From the NCBI GenBank assembly GCA_052034525.1, contig JBPOIK010000079.1, positions 6,579-70,578 of the forward strand: DNA of 64,000 bases. Direction: 5' to 3'. The notes below the pieces were generated by a model. That model was not told where the DNA came from. It saw nothing but the letters and a program-made list of their open reading frames with translations, and did no database searches. This DNA comes from Planctomycetota bacterium. Its GTDB lineage: Bacteria; Planctomycetota; Phycisphaerae; UBA1845. Both the position numbers and the translations under genes were made by a program. Of the stretch, positions 26,630 through 36,130 are shown piece after piece; within the stretch, counting starts at the first letter, position 1; every line of letters begins with the position of its first letter.

Positions 26630-27436
26630 CTACTTCCCGCAATAGTCGATGATGCGGGCAATCTCGGGTCGAAGATTCTTGCGCTCCACGATACGATCGA
26701 CGAATCCGTGGCTTCGCATGAACTCGGCCGTCTGAAATCCCGGGGGCAGCTCTGCTTTGATGGTGTTGGCGATGACTCTGGGGCCTGCGAAGCCGATCAT
26801 GGCGCCGGGCTCGGCCAGAATGACGTCGCCAAGGCTGGCGAAACTGGCGGCCACACCCGCCGTGGTGGGGTCGGTGGCCACGATGATGTATAACCCGCCC
26901 GCATCGTCCAGGCGAGCCAGCGCGGCCGAGGTCTTGGACATCTGAACCAGCGAGACCATGCCTTCCTGCATCCGGGCGCCGCCGGAAGCCGTCACCATAA
27001 TCATCGGGAGATTCTCCTCCGTGGCCCGTTCGATGGCCGCGGTCACTTTCTCCCCCACGACGGCTCCCATGGAGGCCATGATAAACGCGGGGTTCATGAC
27101 CCCGAGAATCACCTTACGTCCGCGAATGTAGGCCCGCCCCACGACCACGGCCTCGCGCTCCCCGGTTGCCTTCTGCTGCGATTTGATCCGTTCCGGATAG
27201 GGGATGCGATCCGTGAAGCGGAGGGGATCGGTGGGTGTGAGGTCCTCAAGGAATTCCTCAAAGGTTCCCGGATCAACGAGCTGGGCGATGCGGGTCCGGG
27301 CGTCGATCCGACGGTGGAAGCCGCATTCGGGGCAAACGTGCAGATTCTGTTCCACTTCTTCGCGATAGAGCATGGCTCCACACGATTGACAACGTTCCCA
27401 TACGCCCGCGGGGATGTCCGTCCGTTCATTCTGCAT
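26630..27436 (-). CDS. accD: Acetyl-CoA carboxylase carboxyltransferase beta subunit
   Basis: From the ATG at 27436 the protein reads MQNERTDIPAGVWERCQSCGAMLYREEVEQNLHVCPECGFHRRIDARTRI, carrying the AccD zinc ribbon. It continues with ...GGARMQEGMVSLVQMSKTSAAL...PTTAGVAASFASLGD. The upstream part of ORF 26630..27610 is not conserved-looking. Confidence 0.93.
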   Translation of the reverse strand: MQNERTDIPAGVWERCQSCGAMLYREEVEQNLHVCPECGFHRRIDARTRIAQLVDPGTFEEFLEDLTPTDPLRFTDRIPYPERIKSQQKATGEREAVVVGRAYIRGRKVILGVMNPAFIMASMGAVVGEKVTAAIERATEENLPMIMVTASGGARMQEGMVSLVQMSKTSAALARLDDAGGLYIIVATDPTTAGVAASFASLGDVILAEPGAMIGFAGPRVIANTIKAELPPGFQTAEFMRSHGFVDRIVERKNLRPEIARIIDYCGK

Positions 27437-27614
27437 GGTCAAACCTCGATGTCCCATAAAACAAACCACGCACGCCGACCCCGTCGGTCCGGCCGACGTG
27501 CCGGGAGAGTGGATGCGGAACGCACCCGGCGTCTGACGGCTCAGTGTAGGCAAGCGCCCACCGATGGCCAAGGGCGGAAGCTGTGTATCGCGGTTCTGTC
27601 CGGGGCGCAAGCCG

Positions 27615-28193
27615 TCAGGACGGGCCCGCCGCCCGCCGCCCGGGCTCCACTTCGTACCAGACCGGTTCGAGGGAAGTCAGACCTCGCAATTCACCCAGGT
27701 TCCGGTTTTCCAGGGCGCAGCGGGCAAGAGCCAGGGCGAAAGGTCCCAGAACGACGCCCACCGTGTGGTTTCTGTGCTTGCGGGTGATGCGCGCAATCGC
27801 CTTGCGGATCCGGGCGGCGGCGTCTGCCAGGTTCTCTCCATCCGGAGGACAGACGCTGGCGGGGTGATCCGTCCACTGCCGGAACACGCGGGGGTACCGC
27901 TGGCGGACCTGCGGTTCGGTCAGGCCCTCCCAGAGCCCCACATCGAGCTCCTTCAAGTCGCGAACCTGCCGGAGCCGGACCTCCGCCCGCTCGGCAAACA
28001 CGGCCGCTGTTTGAAGGGCGGGCGTCTCGGGGCTGCCATACACGGCCGCCAGCTCCCGGCTGGCCAGCACGTTAGCCCAGTGAAGCGCCCGCCGACGGCC
28101 CTGTGCATTGAGGGAGACGGGGGTGCGGGCGTTCAGCCGCCCCTCCCGACTCCAGTCCGTGTCGGCCCAGGGAATGAGAACGACCGTTGTCAT
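27615..28193 (-). CDS. Histidine-phosphatase-superfamily-like protein lacking the catalytic RHG motif
   Basis: The overall pattern of the phosphoglycerate-mutase-like family is present (...SLNAQGRRRALHWANVL...VYGSPETPALQTAAVFA...DLKELDVGLWEGLT...). The N-terminus reads VVLIPWADTDW where RHGET-W is expected, and VVLGPF sits where V-HG is expected. Confidence 0.6.
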   Translation of the reverse strand: MTTVVLIPWADTDWSREGRLNARTPVSLNAQGRRRALHWANVLASRELAAVYGSPETPALQTAAVFAERAEVRLRQVRDLKELDVGLWEGLTEPQVRQRYPRVFRQWTDHPASVCPPDGENLADAAARIRKAIARITRKHRNHTVGVVLGPFALALARCALENRNLGELRGLTSLEPVWYEVEPGRRAAGPS

Positions 28194-28996
28194 GGCCGCC
28201 CCTCCGTCCTGGCCTCTAGGGCTCGCCGCCGGAGAGTCGCCACGGCGTCGGCGGGCGAGGGGGCGTGGAACACGGCCGAACCGGCCACAAGCGTATCGGC
28301 CCCCGCACGGACGGCCCGGACGACCGTGTCTGGGTCAATCCCGCCATCGATTTCCAGCCGCTGGTCGGGGCGCAGACGATCGCGCAGCTCCGTGACTTTC
28401 GCGAGCACCTCCGGCATGAAGGTCTGCCCTCCGAATCCCGGCCAGACGCTCATGACCAGCACCAGGTCCACGTGGGGCAGGATGGATTCAATGGCAGACG
28501 CGGGCGTTGCGGGGTTCAGGCACACGCCGACACCCGCGCCCAAGGCGCGGATGTGGTCTACGACCTTGCGGGGCTCGTCCGTAACCTCCGTGTGGAAGGT
28601 CAGCAGATCCGCCCCGGCTTTGACGAACGACTCCGCATAGCGGAGAGGTTCTTCGATCATCAGATGGGTGTCAAAAAACAGGCTCGTGCAGCCGCGGATC
28701 GCGCGAACCAAGGGCGGACCGAAGGTGATGTTCGGCACGAAATGTCCGTCCATCACGTCGAGGTGGAGCATGTCGGCCCCGGCCTGTTCCACCAGGGCAA
28801 TCGCCTCCGCCAGCCGCCCGAAGTCGGCCGCCAGAATGGACGGCGCGATACGGATGCCCGGGCTCGACAAGGATCGGCTGATCCCTGCCTCGCCCCTTCT
28901 GCGCAAATCCTGTTCGGCAGACACGGTCCTGTGTTTCCGCAGCCTCTGTGATCCTGTCCTCTTGTACTTGTATCGGCTCGGGCTCGCCGGGTGCAC
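28190..28996 (-). CDS. rpe: Ribulose-phosphate 3-epimerase
   Basis: [54 protein letters not shown]...HLMIEEP...FHTE...[11 protein letters not shown]...IDGGI is the canonical Rpe pattern. The true start may be the TTG at 28870, since the roughly 40 aa N-terminal extension looks non-conserved. The stop overlaps the next gene's start by 4 nt. Confidence 0.9.
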   Translation of the reverse strand: MHPASPSRYKYKRTGSQRLRKHRTVSAEQDLRRRGEAGISRSLSSPGIRIAPSILAADFGRLAEAIALVEQAGADMLHLDVMDGHFVPNITFGPPLVRAIRGCTSLFFDTHLMIEEPLRYAESFVKAGADLLTFHTEVTDEPRKVVDHIRALGAGVGVCLNPATPASAIESILPHVDLVLVMSVWPGFGGQTFMPEVLAKVTELRDRLRPDQRLEIDGGIDPDTVVRAVRAGADTLVAGSAVFHAPSPADAVATLRRRALEARTEGRP

Positions 28997-29015
28997 GACA
29001 ATTCATCCGGCGCGC

Positions 29016-30245
29016 TTACGCCTCGTCCAGGATGTCGATGGCCTTGAACGGCTTGCCCTCCAGGAACTCCAGGGAGGCGCCGCCGCCGGTGGAAATGTGG
29101 GTCATCTTCTCGGCGAGGCCCATCCGTTCGACCGCCGCGGCGCTGTCGCCGCCGCCGATGATGCTGACCGCCCCGCGCGCGGTGGCCTCCGCTACGGCCT
29201 TGGCGATGGCCAAGGTGCCGGTGTCGAACGGAGGCGTCTCAAACACGCCGACCGGCCCATTCCAGAAGATGGTTCTGGCGGTCAGCAGTTCACGGTGGTA
29301 GGTCTCAATGGCCTCCGGCCCGATGTCCACCCCCATCCAGTCATCGGGGATCGCTTCCCGACAGATCTGGCTCGAAGCGTTGGGCTCGATTTTCTGCACG
29401 GCCACGGAATCGATCGGCAGAACGAGCCTGTCCCCGGCCAGTTCGCGGAGGCGTCGGGCCTGATCCAGATGGTCGCGTTCCACGAGGCTGTGGCCGACGT
29501 GGATGCCGGCCGCCGCGCGGAACGTGTAGGTCATGGCGCCGCCGATGAGAATTTTGTCACAAAGACCGGTCAGTCGCTCGATGACGCCGATCTTGTCGGA
29601 GACCTTGGCTCCGCCGAGCACCACCACAAACGGGCGGGCGGGGCTGGCGACGGCGTCGCCCAGGAAGGTAAGCTCCTTTTTGATCAGAAAGCCGATGACG
29701 CGAGGCTTGCCCTTCATGAGCTGCGGGACGGCCAGCATGCTGGCGTTGTCGCGATGGCAGGTGCCGAAGGCATCATTGACGTAGGCATCACCCATCTCCG
29801 CGATCTGACGGGCGAACTCGTCTTTCTCCCGGCGAAGCGCGGGATCGTCCTTGGCTTTCTTATCTTTGATTTCTTCGGCGGCGTGAAACCGGAGGTTCTC
29901 GAGCAGACAACACTGGCCGTCCTGGAGCGCGTTCACCAGTTCGACGGCCCCGGCACCGATGCAGTCGGGAGCGATCGGAACGGTCTGACCGAGAAGCTCG
30001 CCCAGTCGCTTGGCCGCCGGCTTGAGAGAGTACTTCGGGTCCGCCTTGCCGTCCGGACGGCCGAGGTGACTCATGCAGACGGCTCGCCCGCCGCCGTCCA
30101 GAATTCGTCGGATGGTGGGCAAGGCGCCGCGGATGCGACGGTCGTCCGTGATGTTCCCTTCCTTGTCGAGCGGAACATTGAAATCCACACGTACGAGCAC
30201 TCGCTTGCCCTTGACGTCAATGTCTGCAACCGTCTTCTTGGTCAT
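29016..30245 (-). CDS. pgk: Phosphoglycerate kinase
   Basis: The ATG at 30245 follows GGAGGT and gives [45 protein letters not shown]. Later motifs: ...SHLGRP...[12 protein letters not shown]...GGGDS. Confidence 0.95.
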   Translation of the reverse strand: MTKKTVADIDVKGKRVLVRVDFNVPLDKEGNITDDRRIRGALPTIRRILDGGGRAVCMSHLGRPDGKADPKYSLKPAAKRLGELLGQTVPIAPDCIGAGAVELVNALQDGQCCLLENLRFHAAEEIKDKKAKDDPALRREKDEFARQIAEMGDAYVNDAFGTCHRDNASMLAVPQLMKGKPRVIGFLIKKELTFLGDAVASPARPFVVVLGGAKVSDKIGVIERLTGLCDKILIGGAMTYTFRAAAGIHVGHSLVERDHLDQARRLRELAGDRLVLPIDSVAVQKIEPNASSQICREAIPDDWMGVDIGPEAIETYHRELLTARTIFWNGPVGVFETPPFDTGTLAIAKAVAEATARGAVSIIGGGDSAAAVERMGLAEKMTHISTGGGASLEFLEGKPFKAIDILDEA

Positions 30246-30442
30246 GAGAACCTCCAGCTTCCTTCCTGTCCTGCACTTCCTCTGCCCGACCGGAGCCGGC
30301 CTCATTGTGCAGAAAGCACGGGCCGGCATCGCCGGGTCGTGAGGTCTGTGCGCTCCTCCCGGCCCCGCATCGCCGGACCGTGCCGCCGAACGGGTGAAGT
30401 GTTCAAAGGCGTCCGTGTGAGCGCCCGTGTCGTCCGACCGGT

Positions 30443-31468
30443 CTATAGTGCGGCCATCTTGAGAACCAGATCCGATGTCCGCACGGAATAGCCCCACTCA
30501 TTGTCGTACCACGTGACTATCTTGAGCAACTTGCCGCCGTCCTTGGGCATGGTCATGGTGCTCAACCCGTCAAAGAGGGAGCTGAAATCGCTGTGAATGA
30601 CGTCGGTGCTGACGATCGGATCCTCGGTATAACCCAGGATACCCTTCATCGGACCCTCGGAAGCCTCCCGGATGGCGGCGTTGACCTGGTCCCGTGTCAC
30701 CGATTTCTCCAGGACGCAGGTCAGGTCCACCAGCGAGCCGGTGGGGACGGGAACCCGCAGGGCAAATCCGTTCAGCTTGCCGCTGAGAGCCGGAATCACC
30801 TTGCCGACCGCGGCTGCGGCGCCGGTGGTCGTGGGAATGATGTTCACAGCGCCTGCCCGGGCCCGGCGCAGGTCCTTGTGAATCTGATCGGCGATCTTCT
30901 GGTCATTCGTATAGGCGTGCACGGTGGCCATCAGGCCCTCAACGATGCCGAACTGGTCGTGGAGCACTTTGGCCACCGGAGCCAGGCAGTTCGTAGTGCA
31001 ACTGGCGTTGGAAACGCAGGTGTGGGTCGCCTTGAGCAGGTTGTCGTTGACGCCCATGACGACGGTCAGGTCCGGCTCGTCCTTAGCGGGCGCACTGAGC
31101 ACCACCTTGCGGGCACCGGCCTTGATATGGTCGCCGTAGCCGCCCTTCTCGGACTCCCGCTTGGTGAAGATGCCGGTCGATTCGATGGCGATGTCCACCT
31201 TCATCGACTTCCAGGGCAGGCTGGCCGGAGATCTCTCGCCCAGCACCGCAATACGCTGTCCGTCGGCGACAATCGCGTTGTCTTCCGCGAGGATCGTGCC
31301 GGGATAGGGGCCATGCACTGAATCGTATTTCAGCAGATGGGCCAGGCTCTTGGCGTCGGCCAGATCGTTGATGGCCGCCACCTCAAATTGTCCTTTTCGG
31401 GCCAGCATATCGCGCACGATTAGACGCCCGATCCGTCCAAAACCGTTAATTCCTACACGCACCGCCAT
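30443..31468 (-). CDS. gap: Glyceraldehyde-3-phosphate dehydrogenase
   Basis: From the ATG at 31468 the protein reads [19 protein letters not shown]. Later motifs: ...[12 protein letters not shown] (active-site Cys) ...WYDNEWGYS. Confidence 0.95.
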   Translation of the reverse strand: MAVRVGINGFGRIGRLIVRDMLARKGQFEVAAINDLADAKSLAHLLKYDSVHGPYPGTILAEDNAIVADGQRIAVLGERSPASLPWKSMKVDIAIESTGIFTKRESEKGGYGDHIKAGARKVVLSAPAKDEPDLTVVMGVNDNLLKATHTCVSNASCTTNCLAPVAKVLHDQFGIVEGLMATVHAYTNDQKIADQIHKDLRRARAGAVNIIPTTTGAAAAVGKVIPALSGKLNGFALRVPVPTGSLVDLTCVLEKSVTRDQVNAAIREASEGPMKGILGYTEDPIVSTDVIHSDFSSLFDGLSTMTMPKDGGKLLKIVTWYDNEWGYSVRTSDLVLKMAAL

Positions 31469-31834
31469 CGCTCGTGACTCCGTGTCAACTCCCTGGAAAC
31501 CCACAAAACTCGCCGATATGCCGCCTGCCGACCCACCGGCGGCTGGGTGGCTTCCCGCTCAGTGCCCCCCAATGCACCCAAGGTCGAGAGAATAGGGGCT
31601 CGGTTCTGGCCGGTCAAGGGCACCCCCTGAACCTCAACTATTTCAGCCCCACTGAATCTCGTTGTAAATCTGATGGCCAGACTCTACAGTGGTTCCTATA
31701 GCGGTCGCGTTGGGAGGTCGCCGCGAAACCGCTCGGGTGAGAGTGGTCTGGATGCTGCGGGGCTGGCTGCCTCCGGCGCGCCGGGTTTCGCGCAGACGAA
31801 CTGCTGGTCATGTTGAGGATGGAGGAAACGAATC

Positions 31835-33631
31835 ATGAAGCATGTGTTGGTGTGTCTGACAACCCTTCTGTTGGCGATGACAGCCGCCAAAGCGGACTTC
31901 AGCGAAGATTTTGACAGTTATGCGACGGGCCCCCTGTCGGTCGTATCAGGCGGGGTGTGGCACCCTTGGCTGAACATTGCGGTTGACGCGGAAGTGGCTC
32001 CCTTGGGCCTCAGCGCCCCCAATGCCATGAAAAACACCGGGATCGACGTGCCCGAGGTGGTCACGTATTTCACGAACGGCCTGGGCTTCGGAATGACGGC
32101 CACGTTCTCGTTCGACTTTCTCGTTCATGAGGAGGGCGACAAGGACAGCAAGGCCTGGGTCTTTGCGGGCGCGGGCAACCCTGACGATCACAGTTTCAAC
32201 TACGATGCTGCTTTCGGGGGCTCCTTTGAGATCGACCAGGGGGATGATCCGGGGATCACCTCGATACGTTTCGCGGGCGTTCCGCTGAAGACCAACCTTG
32301 CCGTGGACCAGTGGCACCACGTGGAGTTGGTCGCTCTCCAGACGGTGGAACACCTGACGTCCAACGGGCCCGAGGAAATCGACGGCTACCTGGACGTGTA
32401 TGTGAACTCCGAGAAGGTCCTGTCTCAGCAACCGTTCACCTTGAATGACGAACGCGGGTTCAACGCCCTGGACATTTATGCGGACGCGGGTGCTGATAAC
32501 ACCGATGATTATTTCCTGTTCGACAATATATCGGTGTCTTTTGCTCCGGCACCGCCGCCCAGAATCACGTCTTGGACCAGCGCACCGGACTACGCGGTCT
32601 GGCCGAATGCCTACCTCAGCGATCCCGGGCTGATGCTCACGGAGTACACCACGAGGGAGCCGGCCGGTCCGCCATACCTGGTCACCAGCAACGGTTTGAC
32701 GGCGATCGTGTCGGACATCCCAGCCGGGGAGACTGGATATATGGCGTGGGTCATTCGCCCGATCTCGGCAGCCGGGGGCCGGCCGCTGGACCTGACGAAC
32801 AGCACTCTCCATTTCACGCTGCGCTGGGACAGTCCGCCCAATCCCCCATCCGATCTTATGGGAGTCTGGGTGCGGGCCTACAACGGGACATGGGACGGAA
32901 GCGCGTGGACCAGTACCGGCCAGTCGGCCTGGTTCGTCCAGGTCCCGATTGACGGGAAGTGGCACGATTTCGAGAAGGATACGGCCCTGCCGGGATTCGT
33001 GGATGGCGCGCCCGACTTGACGCAGGTCTTCGCGTTCATGGTTCACTTTGTGTACTGGGAAACCGGGTACTCACCCGGCCGGATGGGTATCCGACACCTC
33101 GAGGCCCGCTACCCGTCCGTCATTGACCTGCCGATGGCAGCGACGGGCAACGCGGTGGGGGTCGAGCCGCGCGACGTAGCGGAGACGGTGTTGAAGATCA
33201 CGTTCGACAAACCCATGGAAACGCTGAGCCCCGGCGCCGTGGAAATTGTCGGCGTTGCCAATACCACGCCGATCTACCCCGCACTGTCCACGGATCCGCA
33301 GGACGCCTCGGTCGTGTTGGCCAGAGTGCCCGGCGGCCTGCCGAACAACGATCGCTACACGGCCACAATCGTGGGCAGCCTGCTGGACATATTCGGGCAT
33401 GACGCGCGGGACGGCCAGGACTACGATCTGGACGTGGAGTTCTACGTGCTGCATGGCGACGCGTTGGGCGGCGTGAACGTGGACCTGACGGACTACGGCA
33501 AATTCATGGAGTGCTTCGACGGACCTCTCAACCACGAATGCTTCCGCGCGGACATCGACATGAACGCGAAAGTGGATCTGGATGACTATCTGTTGTTCGG
33601 TCCTGCAATGACGGGCCCGCTGGGGCCGTGA
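31835..33631 (+). CDS. Secreted protein, unknown function, with a dockerin-like C-terminal motif
   Basis: Signal peptide MKHVLVCLTTLLLAMTAAKA. The aromatic-rich, beta-type sequence could be LamG/jelly-roll-like, but this is not verified. The C-terminus carries DIDMNAKVDLDDYLLFGPAMTGP. Confidence 0.65.
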   Translation: MKHVLVCLTTLLLAMTAAKADFSEDFDSYATGPLSVVSGGVWHPWLNIAVDAEVAPLGLSAPNAMKNTGIDVPEVVTYFTNGLGFGMTATFSFDFLVHEEGDKDSKAWVFAGAGNPDDHSFNYDAAFGGSFEIDQGDDPGITSIRFAGVPLKTNLAVDQWHHVELVALQTVEHLTSNGPEEIDGYLDVYVNSEKVLSQQPFTLNDERGFNALDIYADAGADNTDDYFLFDNISVSFAPAPPPRITSWTSAPDYAVWPNAYLSDPGLMLTEYTTREPAGPPYLVTSNGLTAIVSDIPAGETGYMAWVIRPISAAGGRPLDLTNSTLHFTLRWDSPPNPPSDLMGVWVRAYNGTWDGSAWTSTGQSAWFVQVPIDGKWHDFEKDTALPGFVDGAPDLTQVFAFMVHFVYWETGYSPGRMGIRHLEARYPSVIDLPMAATGNAVGVEPRDVAETVLKITFDKPMETLSPGAVEIVGVANTTPIYPALSTDPQDASVVLARVPGGLPNNDRYTATIVGSLLDIFGHDARDGQDYDLDVEFYVLHGDALGGVNVDLTDYGKFMECFDGPLNHECFRADIDMNAKVDLDDYLLFGPAMTGPLGP

Positions 33632-33666
33632 TCGCGGTCGGATGCGCAGAACACTGTCGAACCCTT

Positions 33667-33700
33667 GCCGGGCCGCCTTCTTGTGGGCGGCCCGGCTTTT
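33667..33700 (+). terminator. Rho-independent terminator between convergent genes
   Basis: GCCGGGCCGCC-TTCTTGTG-GGCGGCCCGGC followed by TTTT. It lies 36 nt after the stop at 33631 and 35 nt before the convergent gene's end at 33735. Confidence 0.8.
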
Positions 33701-33734
33701 CAAACGGACCGGGTCGTGCGCGGGGCCGCCCCGC

Positions 33735-34916
33735 TCAACTCCGGCGGCGTGGCAGTTTCATGGGTCGACCGGGAGCGGCGCGGGAGAGGTCGAACGGCGT
33801 GTGGCCACGAGTGATCAGGTCGGTCACGATCCGTGCGGTGATCGGGGCGAACACCAGTCCCGTTTTGAAGTGCCCGAACGCAGCGATCATGCCGTCTATG
33901 CCCGGGACCGGGCCGATGTACGGCCGCCAGTCGGGCGTGCAGGGGCGCAGCCCGGACCACAGCCCCACCACTCTCGCGTCGGCCAGGGCCGGTACCAGGC
34001 TCAAAGCCCCCTGAATCAGTGCCCCCACGCCGGCCGGGGTGTTGCGGATGGTGAACCCGGCATCATGCTCCACGGTCGACCCTACCAGCACGAGCCCGTC
34101 GCGGCGCCGCAGCACATAATGGTTCTTGCGGCGGATGATGTGCCGCAGCGGCGGATCCTCCATTTCGAGCAGAACGACCTGGCCACGCACCGGGCGGACG
34201 GGCATTTGAGTGGCGATCCGGGAATCCACCGTTCCAGCCCATGCCCCGGCCGCCACCACGACCCATCGAGCCGGAATGGACTGGTTTGCGGTGAGCACGC
34301 CGGTCACCGTGTTGCCGACCATTGACAGGCCGACTGCCGGCACTTGTTCACGCACCTGGACGCCCGTTTTTTTACAGGCTTCGCGCAGCGCTCTCAGCAA
34401 CCGGGGATTCCGAACCTGCGCACTGATCCGGCAAAGAAGTGCGCCGTACACGGGGCGTTGCATGGCGGGTTCCAGGGCCGTCGCGTCGTTGGGGGACAGC
34501 ATCTCCAGCACCGGGGAGCCGTCGGGCATGGCGCGGTCGGCCGCGGCCCTCACCTCGGACAGGCCCATGCGATAGCGCTGATCCACATCACAGAGTTCCA
34601 GCCGCCGGCAGCGTTCGTATTCGGGGTCGATTCCGGTCAGCGCGCGCAGTTCCTCGCAGAAGGCGGGATAAAGGTCGAGACTGGCCAGATGCAGCCGGGC
34701 CAACGCGTGCTTGAAGTTCGGATTGCCCGGAGAAAGCACGCCGACCGCTGACCACGACGCCTCGCGGCCGCAGTACCCGCGCTCCAGCAGGGTGACGGCC
34801 AGCCCGGCCTGCCTGAGCCGCCAGGCGCACGACAGCCCGATCACCCCGCCCCCCACCACAATCACGTCCGGGTCTCCGCTCATGCTGACGGGTAGTTTGC
34901 GCGCTGTGCCCGCCAA
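33735..34916 (-). CDS. FAD-dependent oxidoreductase (DAO family, glycine-oxidase ThiO-like)
   Basis: Rossmann motif DVIVVGGGVIGLSCAWRLRQAGLAVTLLERG...EASWSAVGVLSP. The C-terminal pattern G.RP.TPD..P.IG is also present. The start could be the ATG at 34883 instead. Confidence 0.75.
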   Translation of the reverse strand: MAGTARKLPVSMSGDPDVIVVGGGVIGLSCAWRLRQAGLAVTLLERGYCGREASWSAVGVLSPGNPNFKHALARLHLASLDLYPAFCEELRALTGIDPEYERCRRLELCDVDQRYRMGLSEVRAAADRAMPDGSPVLEMLSPNDATALEPAMQRPVYGALLCRISAQVRNPRLLRALREACKKTGVQVREQVPAVGLSMVGNTVTGVLTANQSIPARWVVVAAGAWAGTVDSRIATQMPVRPVRGQVVLLEMEDPPLRHIIRRKNHYVLRRRDGLVLVGSTVEHDAGFTIRNTPAGVGALIQGALSLVPALADARVVGLWSGLRPCTPDWRPYIGPVPGIDGMIAAFGHFKTGLVFAPITARIVTDLITRGHTPFDLSRAAPGRPMKLPRRRS

Positions 34917-34919
34917 AGG

Positions 34920-35975
34920 CTACTTCCGCGCTCGGTACTGTCGCAGAAGAGCGAGAATACCCTGGATATTGGCGGGAACCGGCGCCTCGATCGTCAGGGA
35001 CCGCTCGGTGATGGGGTGAATGAACTCGATCCGCAAGGCGTGGAGGGCCTGATGGGTGATGAGCGGCTCGGTCGAGCCCGCTCCAGCCAGATCCTTCTCG
35101 CTCAGCAGGTGCCCGCCGTAGAACGTGTCGCCCAGAATCGGGTGGCCGATCGCGGACATGTGAACGCGCAACTGGTGCGTTCGGCCGGTTTTGGGAAACA
35201 TGTGAACCAGGGTGAACCCATGGAAGCGGTCCTGCACGCGATACTCCGTGATGGCCTCCTTGAACAGCGCCTGGCGCGAGGGCATGCCCGGAACCAGGTA
35301 GCGGTCCTTGATGGCTGGATGGGCGGCCAAAGGCTGATCGATCAGGTCGCCGTCCAGCGACGGACTGCCCTCGACGATGCCCAGATAGGTTTTGCGAGTG
35401 GTCCGGCGCTCGAACTGGAGGGAGAGCCGCCAGTGGGCCTCGTCCGTCTTGGCCACCAGCATCACGCCGGTGGTGTTCTTGTCGAGACGATGGACGATGC
35501 CGGGGCGGAAGGGCTCGTTGACCCGGCTGAGAGACGAAGAGTAGTGCGCCAGGGCATTGGCCAGGGTGCCCGTCTGGGTGCCCTTGGACGGATGGCAGAT
35601 GATGCCGGTCTGCTTGTTGAGGGCCAGGAGGTGGTCGTCTTCGTAGATCACATCCAGGGGAATATCCTGCGGGATGATGTCCAGCGGCTCGGGGGGTGGG
35701 ATGATGACCTCAATCAGATCGCCCGCGTCGGGCTTGTAGCTGGCCTTGGTGGGCAGGCCGTTGACGGTGACCGCTCCTTCCCGGATGAGCCGCTGCATGA
35801 GTGTCCGCGAAACGCGCGGAAACCGCGTCGAGATGTACTTGTCCAGCCGCGACGAAAGCCGTTTGCGGATGTGAAGCCGTTCGATGCGGACTTCCTCATC
35901 GTCGCCTTCGTTGGCGACGTCGGTTCCGGGCGGTTCGGAGAAAATGTCGTCCGTATCGAGCTGCATGATCGTCAT
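34920..35975 (-). CDS. rluD: Pseudouridine synthase, RluA family (RluD-like) with an S4 domain
   Basis: S4-like region RLDKYISTRFPRVSRTLMQRLIREGAVTVNG. Catalytic motif PGIVHRLDKNTTGVMLVAKT. Also ...YLGIVEG...TGRTHQLRVH. Confidence 0.88.
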   Translation of the reverse strand: MTIMQLDTDDIFSEPPGTDVANEGDDEEVRIERLHIRKRLSSRLDKYISTRFPRVSRTLMQRLIREGAVTVNGLPTKASYKPDAGDLIEVIIPPPEPLDIIPQDIPLDVIYEDDHLLALNKQTGIICHPSKGTQTGTLANALAHYSSSLSRVNEPFRPGIVHRLDKNTTGVMLVAKTDEAHWRLSLQFERRTTRKTYLGIVEGSPSLDGDLIDQPLAAHPAIKDRYLVPGMPSRQALFKEAITEYRVQDRFHGFTLVHMFPKTGRTHQLRVHMSAIGHPILGDTFYGGHLLSEKDLAGAGSTEPLITHQALHALRIEFIHPITERSLTIEAPVPANIQGILALLRQYRARK

Positions 35976-36130
35976 CGCACCGCACGACGCGGGAGAACGG
36001 AGAATACCGGCCTGTCACACGTTTGTCGATCAATCGCAAGGCCCGCCGCCGACCGGTTGTCCGGATGGCGGAACTGTATGCGCCTCAGGTGCCAGGGAAC
36101 CAAAGCAGACCGCGGCACGGCCGGACGAGG

